64,000 nt of DNA from Myxococcales bacterium (GCA_009692425.1 SHZF01000006.1:5704-69703); one strand, 5' to 3'; positions 26,411 to 36,084 are shown, numbered from the stretch's first letter. Notes: generated from the letters alone by a model not told the origin. Program-made: numbers and translations.

Positions 26411-26772
26411 CAGCGCGACCGGTTCGCGGCGACGGCGGGCACGCTCGGGCGCGACTTGCGGATGATCTGGCCAGTAGCGTCGCGAACGGGTACCGCGACG
26501 GCAAACGCCGACGGATGCTCTTCGCAGAGGACGTTGATTGCTGCGTCGGCCTGCAGCAGATCGGGAAGTTCACGGTCCTCGTAGATCGCACCCCACGGGC
26601 ATTCCGGTTCGCACGCGCCGCAGCTGATGCACTGTGTCGGGTGGATGTAGAGCATCGCCGGACGCTCGGGCGGTGCAGCGTGGAGCGGCTCGTAGATGCA
26701 CTCGACCGGACAGACCTCGACGCAGCCGCGGTCCACGCAGTCGATGCAGAGGCGGGTGATCACGTAGGTCAT
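26398..26772 (-). CDS. fdxA: 7Fe/2x[4Fe-4S]-type ferredoxin (FdxA-like)
   Basis: [27 protein letters not shown]...[17 protein letters not shown]: two ferredoxin Cys clusters. Confidence 0.85.
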   Translation of the reverse strand: MTYVITRLCIDCVDRGCVEVCPVECIYEPLHAAPPERPAMLYIHPTQCISCGACEPECPWGAIYEDRELPDLLQADAAINVLCEEHPSAFAVAVPVRDATGQIIRKSRPSVPAVAANRSRWGVK

Positions 26773-26997
26773 GCAAGCAGGGAGGGCCGGTCGGCCCGCG
26801 CGGGGACCCGTATCCTCGCCCAAGCCGCTGCAAAGCTCAAAGCGTAGGCTGCAACTGCGTGCAATCCATCCGGACCCCGTGCAAACTCAAGGTCCTCGCT
26901 CCCGCCGCGGACCCGTGCTTGAATGCTCCGGTGGGTTCGGGCGTTGCAGCGTTCGAGCCGCCGACAGACGCGTCGCCGCCGCCAGAAGGAGTCAGAG

Positions 26998-28797
26998 ATG
27001 CACACCTTGTCGCCCCCCAGCGCACGCTTCGCCCCGCCCGCCGGGGTCCGCGTGACGCTTGCCGCCGTCGTCGCGGCGTTCGTGTTGGTCGCGTGCGGTC
27101 CGGTGTATGTTCAGGATCGCGATGACGGCTACTACGGATACAATCCACCGCCCTACGGTGCCGCGTCGCAGCCGTACGGCGGGGCCGCAGGCACGCAGCA
27201 GACGGGACCTGACGAGCACTTCGGCGACCTCTCTGCCCACGGCACCTGGGTGTGGACGGCCGACCACGGACGCGTGTGGGTGCCGTATGCCAACCGGACC
27301 GCCGGGTGGCGCCCCTACTTCTATGGCCGCTGGGTCTTCACTGACTACGGCTGGACCTGGGAATCCGACGAGGCGTGGGGCGCCGGACCGTATCACTACG
27401 GCCGCTGGGTCTGGGCGTCGGCGTACCGTTGGGCGTGGGTCCCCGGCTACACCTGGGCGCCGGCGTGGGTCGTCTGGCGTCATGGTGGCGGGTGCGTCGG
27501 CTGGGCGCCGATGCCCCCGGAGGGTGGTGGGCACGCGTCGGTCCACTTCTCGTACTGGGTCTTCGTGCCGCAGGGCCACATGCACAGTCACCGCGTGCAG
27601 CAGGTCGTCGTGCAGCCTGCCGAAGTCGAGCGCGTGTACCAGCAGACGGTGGTCATTCAAAACCAGGCCCAGATTCGCGGGGCGAGCGGCCAGGCGGTCG
27701 TGTACCAGACGGGCCCCGCGCCGGAGCAGGCGCAGCAGTGGACCAACCAGCCCACGCAGACGCGTGCGGTCGACTCCGTACCGAGCGCGGCGCCGCGCGG
27801 GATTCCTGCCGGGACGCGCGAACCGACACCGGGCCGCGGCCCGCCGGCATCGGCGCGCGACGGCGGGCGCAGCGGCCTCGACACGGGGCCGCTGCCGGGG
27901 CGCGGCGTGGGGCCAGACCCCGCTGGTGGCGCACCGTCTCGCGGCGGGGTTGCGCCTGGCGAAGCGCCGCCGGAGCGCTCGGGCACGGCCGGCGAGATTC
28001 CGGACCGCCGCGCCGACACCGGCCACTGGCCGACAGGAACGCTGTCTGGTCAGGAACAGCCACCGGGCGTACGCACGCCGCCCGGGTACGCGCCTCCGCC
28101 CGCCCGCGAAGCGCCCGGCTATGCCCCTCCGCCTGCTCGTGAGCCTCCCGCCTACCAGCCACCGCCCGCGCGCGAGGCGCCCGGGTACGCGCCGCCTGCC
28201 GGTCGCCAACCTCCGCCTGCCTACACGCCGCCCGCCCGCGAGGCGCCCGGGTACGCGCCGCCTGCCGGTCGCGAACCTCCGCCTGCCTACACGCCGCCCG
28301 CCCGCGAGGCACCCGGGTACGCGCCGCCTGCCGGTCGCGAACCTCCACCTGCCTACACGCCGCCCGCCCGCGAGGCGCCGCCGCCTGCCCCGACACGCCC
28401 TGGGTCCAGCTACGAAGCGCCGGCGCGCGGGCGCGAGCCTCCCCCCGCAGCGCCCGCCGCTCCGCCCAGCCGGCCTGGCGCCGGGTACGAGCCGCCGCCC
28501 GCTCCGGCCGCGCCGCCGAGTCGGCCCGGTGCCGGCTACGAGCCGCCGCCCGCTCCGGCCGCGCCGCCGAGTCGGCCCGGCGCCGGCTACGAGCCTCCCA
28601 CGCGGCGTGGCGATCCGCCGCCGAACACGGAAGACGAGTACCACAAGGGTTTCAGCGATAAGCCGACGCGTGGCGCGCCGCCGCCACCGCCGCCGACCGC
28701 GCCGCCCACGAACACGCGCCGGCCCGCTCCCCCTCCGGCTCCCGACCGCGACGCCGAGCCTGCCCCGGCCCCGGTGCCGGCACCGCGCTCACGCTGA
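26998..28797 (+). CDS. Lipoprotein (LVACG) with a Trp/Tyr-rich N-terminal domain (GRWVF / GRWVW / YxWxPGYTWAPAWVVW motifs) and a ~330-aa Pro-rich tandem-repeat tail
   Basis: AGGAG RBS plus a signal peptide. Pro/Ala/Tyr low-complexity repeats (PPAREAPGYAPPAGREPPPAYT x ~5; PPPAPAAPPSRPGAGYE x3) are seen in translation. Confidence 0.7.
   Translation: MHTLSPPSARFAPPAGVRVTLAAVVAAFVLVACGPVYVQDRDDGYYGYNPPPYGAASQPYGGAAGTQQTGPDEHFGDLSAHGTWVWTADHGRVWVPYANRTAGWRPYFYGRWVFTDYGWTWESDEAWGAGPYHYGRWVWASAYRWAWVPGYTWAPAWVVWRHGGGCVGWAPMPPEGGGHASVHFSYWVFVPQGHMHSHRVQQVVVQPAEVERVYQQTVVIQNQAQIRGASGQAVVYQTGPAPEQAQQWTNQPTQTRAVDSVPSAAPRGIPAGTREPTPGRGPPASARDGGRSGLDTGPLPGRGVGPDPAGGAPSRGGVAPGEAPPERSGTAGEIPDRRADTGHWPTGTLSGQEQPPGVRTPPGYAPPPAREAPGYAPPPAREPPAYQPPPAREAPGYAPPAGRQPPPAYTPPAREAPGYAPPAGREPPPAYTPPAREAPGYAPPAGREPPPAYTPPAREAPPPAPTRPGSSYEAPARGREPPPAAPAAPPSRPGAGYEPPPAPAAPPSRPGAGYEPPPAPAAPPSRPGAGYEPPTRRGDPPPNTEDEYHKGFSDKPTRGAPPPPPPTAPPTNTRRPAPPPAPDRDAEPAPAPVPAPRSR
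28176..28373 (+). repeat. 66-bp in-frame tandem repeat, about 3 near-perfect copies plus degenerate flanking copies from ~28080, encoding PPAREAPGYAPPAGREPPPAYT
   Basis: Seen directly in nucleotide lines 28141-28380, with single-base differences between copies. Confidence 0.85.
28440..28591 (+). repeat. 51-bp in-frame tandem repeat, about 3 copies, encoding EPPPAPAAPPSRPGAGY
   Basis: Seen directly in nucleotide lines 28441-28600. Confidence 0.8.
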
Positions 28798-28857
28798 ACT
28801 TCCCGCCACCCGTCACTTCAGCTACGCTTGCGGCCGCGTTCGCGCGACGGAGGAGCC

Positions 28858-29883
28858 ATGGCCGAAATCATGACGCTGGCGCGGCACATCCTGCAGCGCA
28901 AGCGCAAGTACGATGCGGCCACCGGCGACTTCACGCTGCTGCTCAACCACCTCGCGCTCGCCACCAAGGTCGTGTCGCGCCAGGTCGCGCGCGCCGGGTT
29001 GCTCGACGTGCTGGGCAAGACGGGCACCGAAAACGTCCAAGGTGAGGAGGTCAAGAAACTCGACCTCATCGCCAACGAACTCCTGATCGAGTTGCTGAAC
29101 GACCTGCCGATGGTGTGTGCGATCGCATCGGAAGAGGACGAACACATCCGCCACACCGAGGCCGGCCGCCTCACCGGCCGCTATCTCGTCTGTTTCGATC
29201 CTCTCGACGGTTCTTCGAACATCGACGTGAACATCACGATCGGGACGATCTTTTCGATCCGGCGGCGCGCCGACACCGGATGCGAAGCCGTCGCCGAAGA
29301 CTTCTTGAAGCCCGGCACGGAGCAGGTCGCGGCCGGGTACTGCATCTACGGCTCGTCGTCGCTTTTCGTGTACTCGACGGGCGACGGCGTCGACGGCTTC
29401 ACCTTGGACCCGAGCGTCGGCGAATTCGTGCTGTCGCATCCGGGCATCCGCATTCCCGACGAGGTGGCCTGCTTCAGTGTCAACGCCGCCAACCGCCGCA
29501 ACTGGTACCCGGAGACGGTTGCCTACGTGGACCACCTCGGGCTCGGGTCCGACGTTCGCTACAAAAAGACGAGCCTGCGCTACGTGGGCACGCTGGTCGC
29601 CGATGTCCACCGCAATCTGTTGGTCGGCGGGGTGTTCCTGTATCCCGGCGACCGCAAGGCGCCCCACGGCAAGCTGCGCCTGCTGTACGAGGCGCACCCG
29701 CTTGCCTACCTCGTCGAGCAGGCGGGAGGCGCGGCGACTGACGGCGTGGGCCGCATTCTCGACATCGTGCCGACCGGCCTGCACATGCGTGTGCCCCTTG
29801 TGATCGGCAACCGCCGCGAGGTCGACCTGTATGCCGAATTCACCCACCGCTACGCCGCGATCCCTCCCGACGCCACCACCTGA
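28858..29883 (+). CDS. fbp: Fructose-1,6-bisphosphatase class 1
   Basis: MAEIMTLARHIL...DPLDGSSNIDVN...GYCIYGSSS...YEAHPLAYLVEQAGG. AGGAG RBS. Confidence 0.9.
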   Translation: MAEIMTLARHILQRKRKYDAATGDFTLLLNHLALATKVVSRQVARAGLLDVLGKTGTENVQGEEVKKLDLIANELLIELLNDLPMVCAIASEEDEHIRHTEAGRLTGRYLVCFDPLDGSSNIDVNITIGTIFSIRRRADTGCEAVAEDFLKPGTEQVAAGYCIYGSSSLFVYSTGDGVDGFTLDPSVGEFVLSHPGIRIPDEVACFSVNAANRRNWYPETVAYVDHLGLGSDVRYKKTSLRYVGTLVADVHRNLLVGGVFLYPGDRKAPHGKLRLLYEAHPLAYLVEQAGGAATDGVGRILDIVPTGLHMRVPLVIGNRREVDLYAEFTHRYAAIPPDATT

Positions 29884-29884
29884 T

Positions 29885-30367
29885 ATGGTGGCCGAACGCC
29901 TGACCCACCTCGACACCGGTGGCCACGCCCACATGGTGGCCGTCGAGGCCAAACCCGAAACCCACCGGACTGCGACGGCCGAAGCCATCGTGAAGTTGGG
30001 GCCGGCCGCCCTGGCCGCCGTGCGCGCCGGCACCCCGAAAGGCGACGCGCTCCAAGTGGCGCGCCTTGCCGGCATCCAGGCGGCCAAGCGAACCGCGGAA
30101 CTCATCCCCCTGTGCCACCCCTTGCGGTTGACGCACGTTGCGGTGCAGGCGCAGGTGGACGATGCGGCCGGCGTTGTGCGGATATCGGCTCGCGTCGAAG
30201 CCATCGACCGCACGGGCGTAGAGATGGAAGCGCTGGTGGCCGCCAGCGTCGCCGCGTTGGCGCTGTACGACATGATCAAGGCGATCGACCGTGCGGCCAG
30301 CATCGAGCGCGTGGTCGTGGTCGAAAAAACCGGCGGCCGTAGCGGGCATGTCAGGCCGCACGGGTGA
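29885..30367 (+). CDS. moaC: Cyclic pyranopterin monophosphate synthase MoaC
   Basis: LTHLDTGGHAHMVAV..KPETHRTA...IPLCHPL....ALYDMIKA...VVEKTGG. The ATG is 2 nt after the fbp stop. Confidence 0.88.
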   Translation: MVAERLTHLDTGGHAHMVAVEAKPETHRTATAEAIVKLGPAALAAVRAGTPKGDALQVARLAGIQAAKRTAELIPLCHPLRLTHVAVQAQVDDAAGVVRISARVEAIDRTGVEMEALVAASVAALALYDMIKAIDRAASIERVVVVEKTGGRSGHVRPHG

Positions 30368-31362
30368 GTGGGGCCGCGCCGCCGCGTGACTGGGAGGCGA
30401 CTGCCCGCGCCGACCTGCGCGTGCCCCTGCGCTCGCTGCGCACCGAGGTTCGCCACCTCGAACGCCTGCTGGGCCGGTTGCAGGAGGACGCCAAGCAGGC
30501 CGCCGACGCTCCGGTGCTGCGCGCCGAGGCCGAACTCCTCAAGTTCAACCTGCGCACGGTGCCCAACGGTGCAACGCGCGTGCGACTCGCCCTGCCGTGG
30601 GACCCTGCGGCGGCCCGCGACGTGGCGCTGCGCCCAACCGAGTCTCCGCTTCATGCCATGGAGCGTCGCTTTCGCCGGGCCCGCGGCATGGAGGCGGGGG
30701 CCCGTGAGATTGCGCGGCGGGTCGAAGTGGCGACGGCAAGGCTGGCGACGGTCGTCAGTTTGCGCACGGAGTTGGACGGCTGGCTGGCCACGGTGACCGC
30801 CTCCTGCGCCGCGGCGGCGGAGCACCCAGTGCGTGGGGCGTTCGAGTCGTTGGTGGCGGCCCTGTGCGATCGCGTGCGTGCGCTCGGCCTGCGCGTGACC
30901 GACGACCCGATCGCCGCACCTGACGTCCAGCGCGCCGCAAGGGCCACCGGAGGCAAGCTGCCGCCAGGTGTCGACGCCTTCACCTCTCCGTCGGGCCGCG
31001 CCGTACTCGCGGGACGCAATGCCGCCGCGAACGACCGGCTGGTGGCGACCTTGCTGCGAGGACGCGATGCCTGGTTCCACGTGAAGGACCGCCCCGGCGC
31101 CCACGTCGTGCTGCGCGTCGACGCGGGAGCGGAGCCTGCGGAAGGCGACCTGTTCGCCTGCGCTGCACTGGCTGCACACCTGGCCGGCGTGCCAAAGGGG
31201 GAGGCGGTCGATGTGGCGTGGGCGCGCGGCAAGAGTGTGCGCAAGGCCAAGGGCGCTCCGGCCGGCACCGTCTACCTCGCCGCTCCCCATACCGTGCGGG
31301 TGCGGGTCGACGCGGCCGTCGTCGATGCGTTCTACCAGCGCCGGGCGTCCCAGCCCGTATGA
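30364..31362 (+). CDS. NFACT-R (DUF814) domain protein: a short RqcH/FbpA-like protein that lacks the N-terminal NFACT-N domain
   Basis: C-terminal FHVKDRPGAHVVLRVD...VDVAWARGKSVRKAKGAPAGTVYL is the DUF814/NFACT-R signature. The GTG start overlaps the moaC TGA. Confidence 0.6.
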   Translation: MSGAAPPRDWEATARADLRVPLRSLRTEVRHLERLLGRLQEDAKQAADAPVLRAEAELLKFNLRTVPNGATRVRLALPWDPAAARDVALRPTESPLHAMERRFRRARGMEAGAREIARRVEVATARLATVVSLRTELDGWLATVTASCAAAAEHPVRGAFESLVAALCDRVRALGLRVTDDPIAAPDVQRAARATGGKLPPGVDAFTSPSGRAVLAGRNAAANDRLVATLLRGRDAWFHVKDRPGAHVVLRVDAGAEPAEGDLFACAALAAHLAGVPKGEAVDVAWARGKSVRKAKGAPAGTVYLAAPHTVRVRVDAAVVDAFYQRRASQPV

Positions 31363-31405
31363 CGCTGGCGTGGTGACAAGTCGGGTTGCGCGGCGAGGGT
31401 GGGCA

Positions 31406-34400
31406 TCAGGGCGTGCCGAGCTTGGCGCACAGGCGGTTGCGCAGCAGCGTAACACCCAGCTTCGAACGCACCGCCAGGTCGAAACAGCCGTCGCCGTCGA
31501 CGTCGGCGCGCGCGAGCGCTAGGGGCGTGTTCGCCGTGCGCAGCTTGCCCTCGTAGTGAATGAAGGCCGCCGACCCCGGCCCAGTCGCGTCGCTGACTGG
31601 CGCGCCGGTGCCCAGGTAGAATTCGACGACCGCCGCCTGGCGGTCGATGTAGGCGATGTCGGGCACGTCATCCTTGTTCACATCGACGGACAGCAGCGCA
31701 CCCACGTCGGCCTCCAGGTCCTCGGTCAGCGTCTGCTTGGGCTTGAACAAGGTGCCGTCGCCGCGAATGAAGCCGATGCTCGACGGCAGCGCACACAGCA
31801 GGTCCATCCACGCATCGCCGTCGAAGTCGTCGCACACGCAGGTCTTGTTGCCGGCGCCGATCACGAACTCCTTGGCCACGTCGGTGCCCAGGTTGCCGAC
31901 CGACCGGACGACCGAGACGTGGCCGAGCTTGCCGTTGATCGTGAACACGCTCGGCAGCTTCAGGCCCGGCCCCCACGGTGCCACGCACACATCGAAGGGG
32001 TCTTGCTCGACCTTGCGGTAGGTGACATCGATGTTCTTGGCCCACAGGCCGGATTTCGGGTCGATCCACTTCCACTGGTCCTTCTGCGGCACGTGTTTGA
32101 ACGTCTGTACGGTCAGCTTGCCGCCGGCCAATTCGCTCCGGAAGTAGCGGACGCGCGCCTCCAGGTACTGCTGCTTTTCGTTCGAGACGGAGCCACTGGA
32201 CTTCATCACCGTCGCGAGGTCGATCCGCTTGTCGCTGTCGAAGTCGCCGGTCGCGATGCCGATCGGGTTCCGACCGGCGGCGAGTGCCACCTGTGGCTTG
32301 ATGACGCACGGCTGCGATACCGAGCAGGCGGGCCCGACGGCAAACGGGTCCTTGTCTGTGCCCTGGAACAGGAAAAGGGAGGCTCGCTGGAGCGGCGCGC
32401 CGCTGCCGTAGCCCGACAGTGGCTTGGTCTTCTTTTCGTCGCCGGCAAAAAAGTTCTTGCAACAGAGTTGTTTGGGCAATTCCGGCTCGCCCGCTGCAGG
32501 TGCTGGCGGCGAATCGACACCGAACAGGTTGTCGACCTCGTTCGTAGCGGCCCACTCGCACGGTCCGCAGGCCGGCGACGAAACTGTGTCGTCGCCGATG
32601 TCGTAGTCCGCGTTATCACGGGTGAGCGCCAAGTCCGCGATTTTGTCGTCGGTCAGGTCGACCGCTCGGAGCGCAGACACGCTACCGAAGGAGGAAATTG
32701 TCCCTTGGCCGCAGTCCGCCGAGGCGCCGGACTGGGCGGCGTGGGCGTAGGGGGCGAACTCGCCCCCGCGCGGCGTCGGAAGAAGTTTCTTGTTGAAATT
32801 CATGTAGATGCTGATCGGCCATGCCGGCTTGTGGATTACCCCGCCGCCTTCGAGCACGCAAGTGCCCTGCGAGCCGGGCTGCATCGACCAGCTCGACTTA
32901 CCTATCACCAACAATTCAGGAAACTTGTCCGTGCCGAGGTCGATAAAACTGAAGTCCGCCAGTTCGGACGGAGCCAGGGCGTTCGTGTTCTCCGGCCGCG
33001 CGCACAGGTGGTAGGCGTTGGGCGCCGCGTATTCGCCGTCCGGCAGGCCCCACGCGACGTTGACTCCGTTCGGCGCAGCGTCGATCGAGACGATGTCCTG
33101 GGCGCCGTTGCCATCGAGGTCGACCGCTTTCGCCGCGCCTACCGCGCCTCCCAGCACCCACGACCGGAAACACATTGCCATATGGCTGCTGTCCGAGGCC
33201 AGCACCGGCAAGACGGTCACCTCGCGCCCCGCCGCCGTCACGATGAGGTACGGAGAGCCCTTGGGGCCGATCGGTGCGACCTGTACGGCCGTCGCGTTGA
33301 CTCCGACGATCTGGCGATAGGACCCGGGATCATAGAAGAACGTGCCGTCGTGCTTGCCTTTCAACCACCGCAACCCCTTCGTTGTGGCGACGATGAGGTC
33401 CGGTCCGTCGTTCGTACCGGGAGCGCTCCACTCGACCGGTACGATGAGCGTCGTGTCTGCGTAGTCGGGCAACACGAGACCGTCCTGGGCTTGTTCCAGG
33501 CGCCCGTCGACGCCGGCATTGCGATAGCAACTGATCACGGGGCGGGTGCCTTCGCCCACGCACACGTCCGGCAGCGACTTGTCGTCCTTGTAGTAGTCAC
33601 CCACCGCGATGGAAGTGACCTGGGTGACGCCCTTGTTGACGACGGGTGCTTCCAACTCCTTGAAAATCGTTCCGATCGTGATCGTCGCGAGGTCGAGTTC
33701 GCCACACGGGACGGCAGCGTCCGCTTTTTTCGCCTTGCAGGTCGGTTGCGGCTGCAGGCGCACGACCGAGAGCCCGAAGTTGTCAGACTTGGCACCCACG
33801 ATCAGGTCCTTCGCGCCGTCCTTGTCGAGGTCTGCAAAGGCCGCCGACAGCGGTTCCTCGGGCAACGACCGCTTGTCGAGCACCTTGAACGTGCGCACGG
33901 TCTTCTCGCCATCCTTCGTCTTGACCGTCTTGTCCCACGCCAGCAGCGCCCATGCGGTGGGCCCCGTCACGGCATCGATGCCGACCGCGATGACGTCGAG
34001 GTCCGCGTCGCCGTCCAGGTCTTCGACGAACAGGCGTTTGACGTTGCCGACCAGAATCCGGTAGGGCGCTTGGTGCAACTCCGCGTTATCAACAATCTTT
34101 CCGTCTTTTCCGAGAAGTGGCGCGCCCGTCGCATCCAGTGCGATGTCTGGCGCCAGCGGGTCGAACGCTCCGCCATGCACGGCGGGATCGTCGGCCCGCG
34201 GCAGGCCACGGCGTAGCACGAGGCCCTCGGGCGTGGCGACCAGTGCGTCGAGCAGCGTGTCCTCAGGGTCGAACTGATCGATCGCGAAATCGTTGATTTT
34301 CTGTAAGAACTTGTCCGATTCGTCCGAATTGCCCAGGAACGTGGGTTGCCGCACGATGCGCACTCTTGCCTCGACGCGGCTCCCATTGCCTACGGCGTCG

Positions 34401-35140
34401 GTGCTGTCGAGCGCGACGATCCAATGCGCGCTGCCGTCGAAGCGCCGGTCGATGGTGTGCTTGAAGGCGCCGGGCTTGGTCAGCTTCAACAGTTCCACCG
34501 GTTCGGCGCCCTCCTGGTCAAGGCGCACGGTGAGGCTCGCGCTGCCGAAGTTCTTCTCGGCTACCGACCCGATCACGTCGAACTTGCCGATGTACACGCG
34601 CCCGTCGAGTTTCTGCTTCTGTGGGTCTGTCAGCGCCAACGTCGGACCGCAATTGTCGACCTCGACATCGACGGACGCCTGGCCCGTCGTGCCGGTCGGC
34701 TTGCCATCGGCCGTCACGATCAACGACACCGAGGAGCCACACTTGAAGAGGAACGTTTTTTCATTCGGCTTCTTCGGGTCGTCCTGCTTCGTGTCGGTGG
34801 CGAACGTACACGAGAAGGTGGTGCCCGTGCGTGTGCACGCGCCCTTCGTGTCCGCCGCCGCGATCGCCATCGCAGACACCGACGCGCCGTTCTTCGTGGT
34901 GACGGAGCCGGACACCGTGACGGTCTTCGAGACGATTGCGGTCGGCTGCGCACTCGGAGATTTGATCTGGACCACGATTTCGGCCGTCGGCGTCGTCGAG
35001 CCCGCGCTGCCCTCACCGCCTGCGGTGCTACAGCCGACCCCGGTACCGGCGCACCAGAGCGCAGCGAACGCGGCGTGCATTGCCAGGTGAGAACGCAGCC
35101 GAGAGGTGTCCCGTCCCGGTCGAAAGACCTTGCTTGCCAT
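31406..35140 (-). CDS. Large FG-GAP/VCBS-type repeat lipoprotein (about 1225-1244 aa), secreted or outer-membrane
   Basis: Multiple Ca-binding loop motifs typical of integrin-alpha/FG-GAP repeats (DLDGDADLDV, DLDKDGAKDL, VDLDGNGAQDIV, DFDSDKRIDL, DFDGDAWMDL, DVDGDGCFDL). Lipobox WCAGTGVGCST. The true start may be the internal Met at 35083. Confidence 0.75.
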   Translation of the reverse strand: MASKVFRPGRDTSRLRSHLAMHAAFAALWCAGTGVGCSTAGGEGSAGSTTPTAEIVVQIKSPSAQPTAIVSKTVTVSGSVTTKNGASVSAMAIAAADTKGACTRTGTTFSCTFATDTKQDDPKKPNEKTFLFKCGSSVSLIVTADGKPTGTTGQASVDVEVDNCGPTLALTDPQKQKLDGRVYIGKFDVIGSVAEKNFGSASLTVRLDQEGAEPVELLKLTKPGAFKHTIDRRFDGSAHWIVALDSTDAVGNGSRVEARVRIVRQPTFLGNSDESDKFLQKINDFAIDQFDPEDTLLDALVATPEGLVLRRGLPRADDPAVHGGAFDPLAPDIALDATGAPLLGKDGKIVDNAELHQAPYRILVGNVKRLFVEDLDGDADLDVIAVGIDAVTGPTAWALLAWDKTVKTKDGEKTVRTFKVLDKRSLPEEPLSAAFADLDKDGAKDLIVGAKSDNFGLSVVRLQPQPTCKAKKADAAVPCGELDLATITIGTIFKELEAPVVNKGVTQVTSIAVGDYYKDDKSLPDVCVGEGTRPVISCYRNAGVDGRLEQAQDGLVLPDYADTTLIVPVEWSAPGTNDGPDLIVATTKGLRWLKGKHDGTFFYDPGSYRQIVGVNATAVQVAPIGPKGSPYLIVTAAGREVTVLPVLASDSSHMAMCFRSWVLGGAVGAAKAVDLDGNGAQDIVSIDAAPNGVNVAWGLPDGEYAAPNAYHLCARPENTNALAPSELADFSFIDLGTDKFPELLVIGKSSWSMQPGSQGTCVLEGGGVIHKPAWPISIYMNFNKKLLPTPRGGEFAPYAHAAQSGASADCGQGTISSFGSVSALRAVDLTDDKIADLALTRDNADYDIGDDTVSSPACGPCEWAATNEVDNLFGVDSPPAPAAGEPELPKQLCCKNFFAGDEKKTKPLSGYGSGAPLQRASLFLFQGTDKDPFAVGPACSVSQPCVIKPQVALAAGRNPIGIATGDFDSDKRIDLATVMKSSGSVSNEKQQYLEARVRYFRSELAGGKLTVQTFKHVPQKDQWKWIDPKSGLWAKNIDVTYRKVEQDPFDVCVAPWGPGLKLPSVFTINGKLGHVSVVRSVGNLGTDVAKEFVIGAGNKTCVCDDFDGDAWMDLLCALPSSIGFIRGDGTLFKPKQTLTEDLEADVGALLSVDVNKDDVPDIAYIDRQAAVVEFYLGTGAPVSDATGPGSAAFIHYEGKLRTANTPLALARADVDGDGCFDLAVRSKLGVTLLRNRLCAKLGTP

Positions 35141-35385
35141 GCTTCATCCCGTGGCGGTGCCCTGGCTGCCGCACTGCCGCACCCTGCATTTTCCCGTACG
35201 GCCCTGCCGGGTCAAGGAAAACCGCGTGGGTCGGCAGATCGCGTCCACTTTGGTCGGCGGTCCGCCTCGCCCCCAACCTGGGTGAGACCGTGACTGAGAC
35301 GGGGACCGAGACCGAGACCGCCCCAGTCGCCTGGAATCTCTCGTGACCTGTGAATCGGAAATAAGGATTCGCATTCGCGGCTCGT

Positions 35386-35401
35386 TGGCACGCTCGTTGC
35401 A
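35386..35401 (+). promoter_or_regulatory. Candidate sigma-54 promoter, TGGCAC-gctcg-TTGCA (perfect consensus), 45 nt upstream of the radC ATG
   Basis: -24 TGGCAC at 35386-35391 and -12 TTGCA at 35397-35401. An AT-rich patch (35351-35375, gaatcggaaataaggattcgcattcg) lies immediately upstream. A GAGGAA RBS precedes the ATG at 35446. Confidence 0.55.
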
Positions 35402-35445
35402 TCCCTGCATGGCACGCCGGCTGGACGCGGCGGCGAGGAACTGTC

Positions 35446-36084
35446 ATGGCGCAGTTGTGCACATACTTGGCGCCGCGGAGCGCCGCGGGTTCCGGATCCG
35501 TCCAAACACTCTCCGATGTCGACCTTGTCGCGGTCTTGATCGGGCCGACGCCAGACGACCGGTGGCGGGCCTGCGCCCTGGTGGCCCGCCAGGCGAGCCT
35601 CGCCGCGCTCGGGGTGACCCTCCGCGCGCCGGGCCACGATCTCGATGGCGCGTCGCACAGGCGGTTGCTTGCCGCTGTCGAGTTGGGGTGCCGCGCGCTG
35701 GCCGACAAGTGCGATGCGGCGCAATTGCGGCGGGTCCAGGACCTCGTGGCGCGCTACCGGGACCTCGCCCTGTCCGACGCCGAACAACTCGTCGTCGTAT
35801 GCCTCGATGCAGGCCGACATCTGGTGGCTGAGTATCGATTTCACGGCGGACTCGACAGCGTCACGGCGCCGCTGCCCCTGCTGCTGCGCCGCGTGCTGGA
35901 GTCGGGCGCTCCCGGCTTTGCGCTGGTCCACAACCATCCGAGCGGCGACCCGCGGCCGAGCGCGGCCGACCGTGCGTTTACGGAGCGGGTCGCCGCGGCG
36001 GCGCGCCTGTGCGATCTGCGCCTTTTCGAGCACGTCGTGGTGGCTGCCCGTGGCTGGGCGCGGGTACCCGGCGGTACGTCGTGA
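35446..36084 (+). CDS. radC: RadC-family JAB/MPN domain protein
   Basis: N-terminal LSDVDLVAVLIG, plus the JAMM motif HNHPSGDPRPSAAD. Confidence 0.85.
   Translation: MAQLCTYLAPRSAAGSGSVQTLSDVDLVAVLIGPTPDDRWRACALVARQASLAALGVTLRAPGHDLDGASHRRLLAAVELGCRALADKCDAAQLRRVQDLVARYRDLALSDAEQLVVVCLDAGRHLVAEYRFHGGLDSVTAPLPLLLRRVLESGAPGFALVHNHPSGDPRPSAADRAFTERVAAAARLCDLRLFEHVVVAARGWARVPGGTS

Noticed and set aside
28822-31455. 877-aa minus ORF and 31556..34216 886-aa plus ORF
   Set aside because: Antisense to fbp, moaC and NFACT-R, and to the FG-GAP gene, respectively. No motifs.
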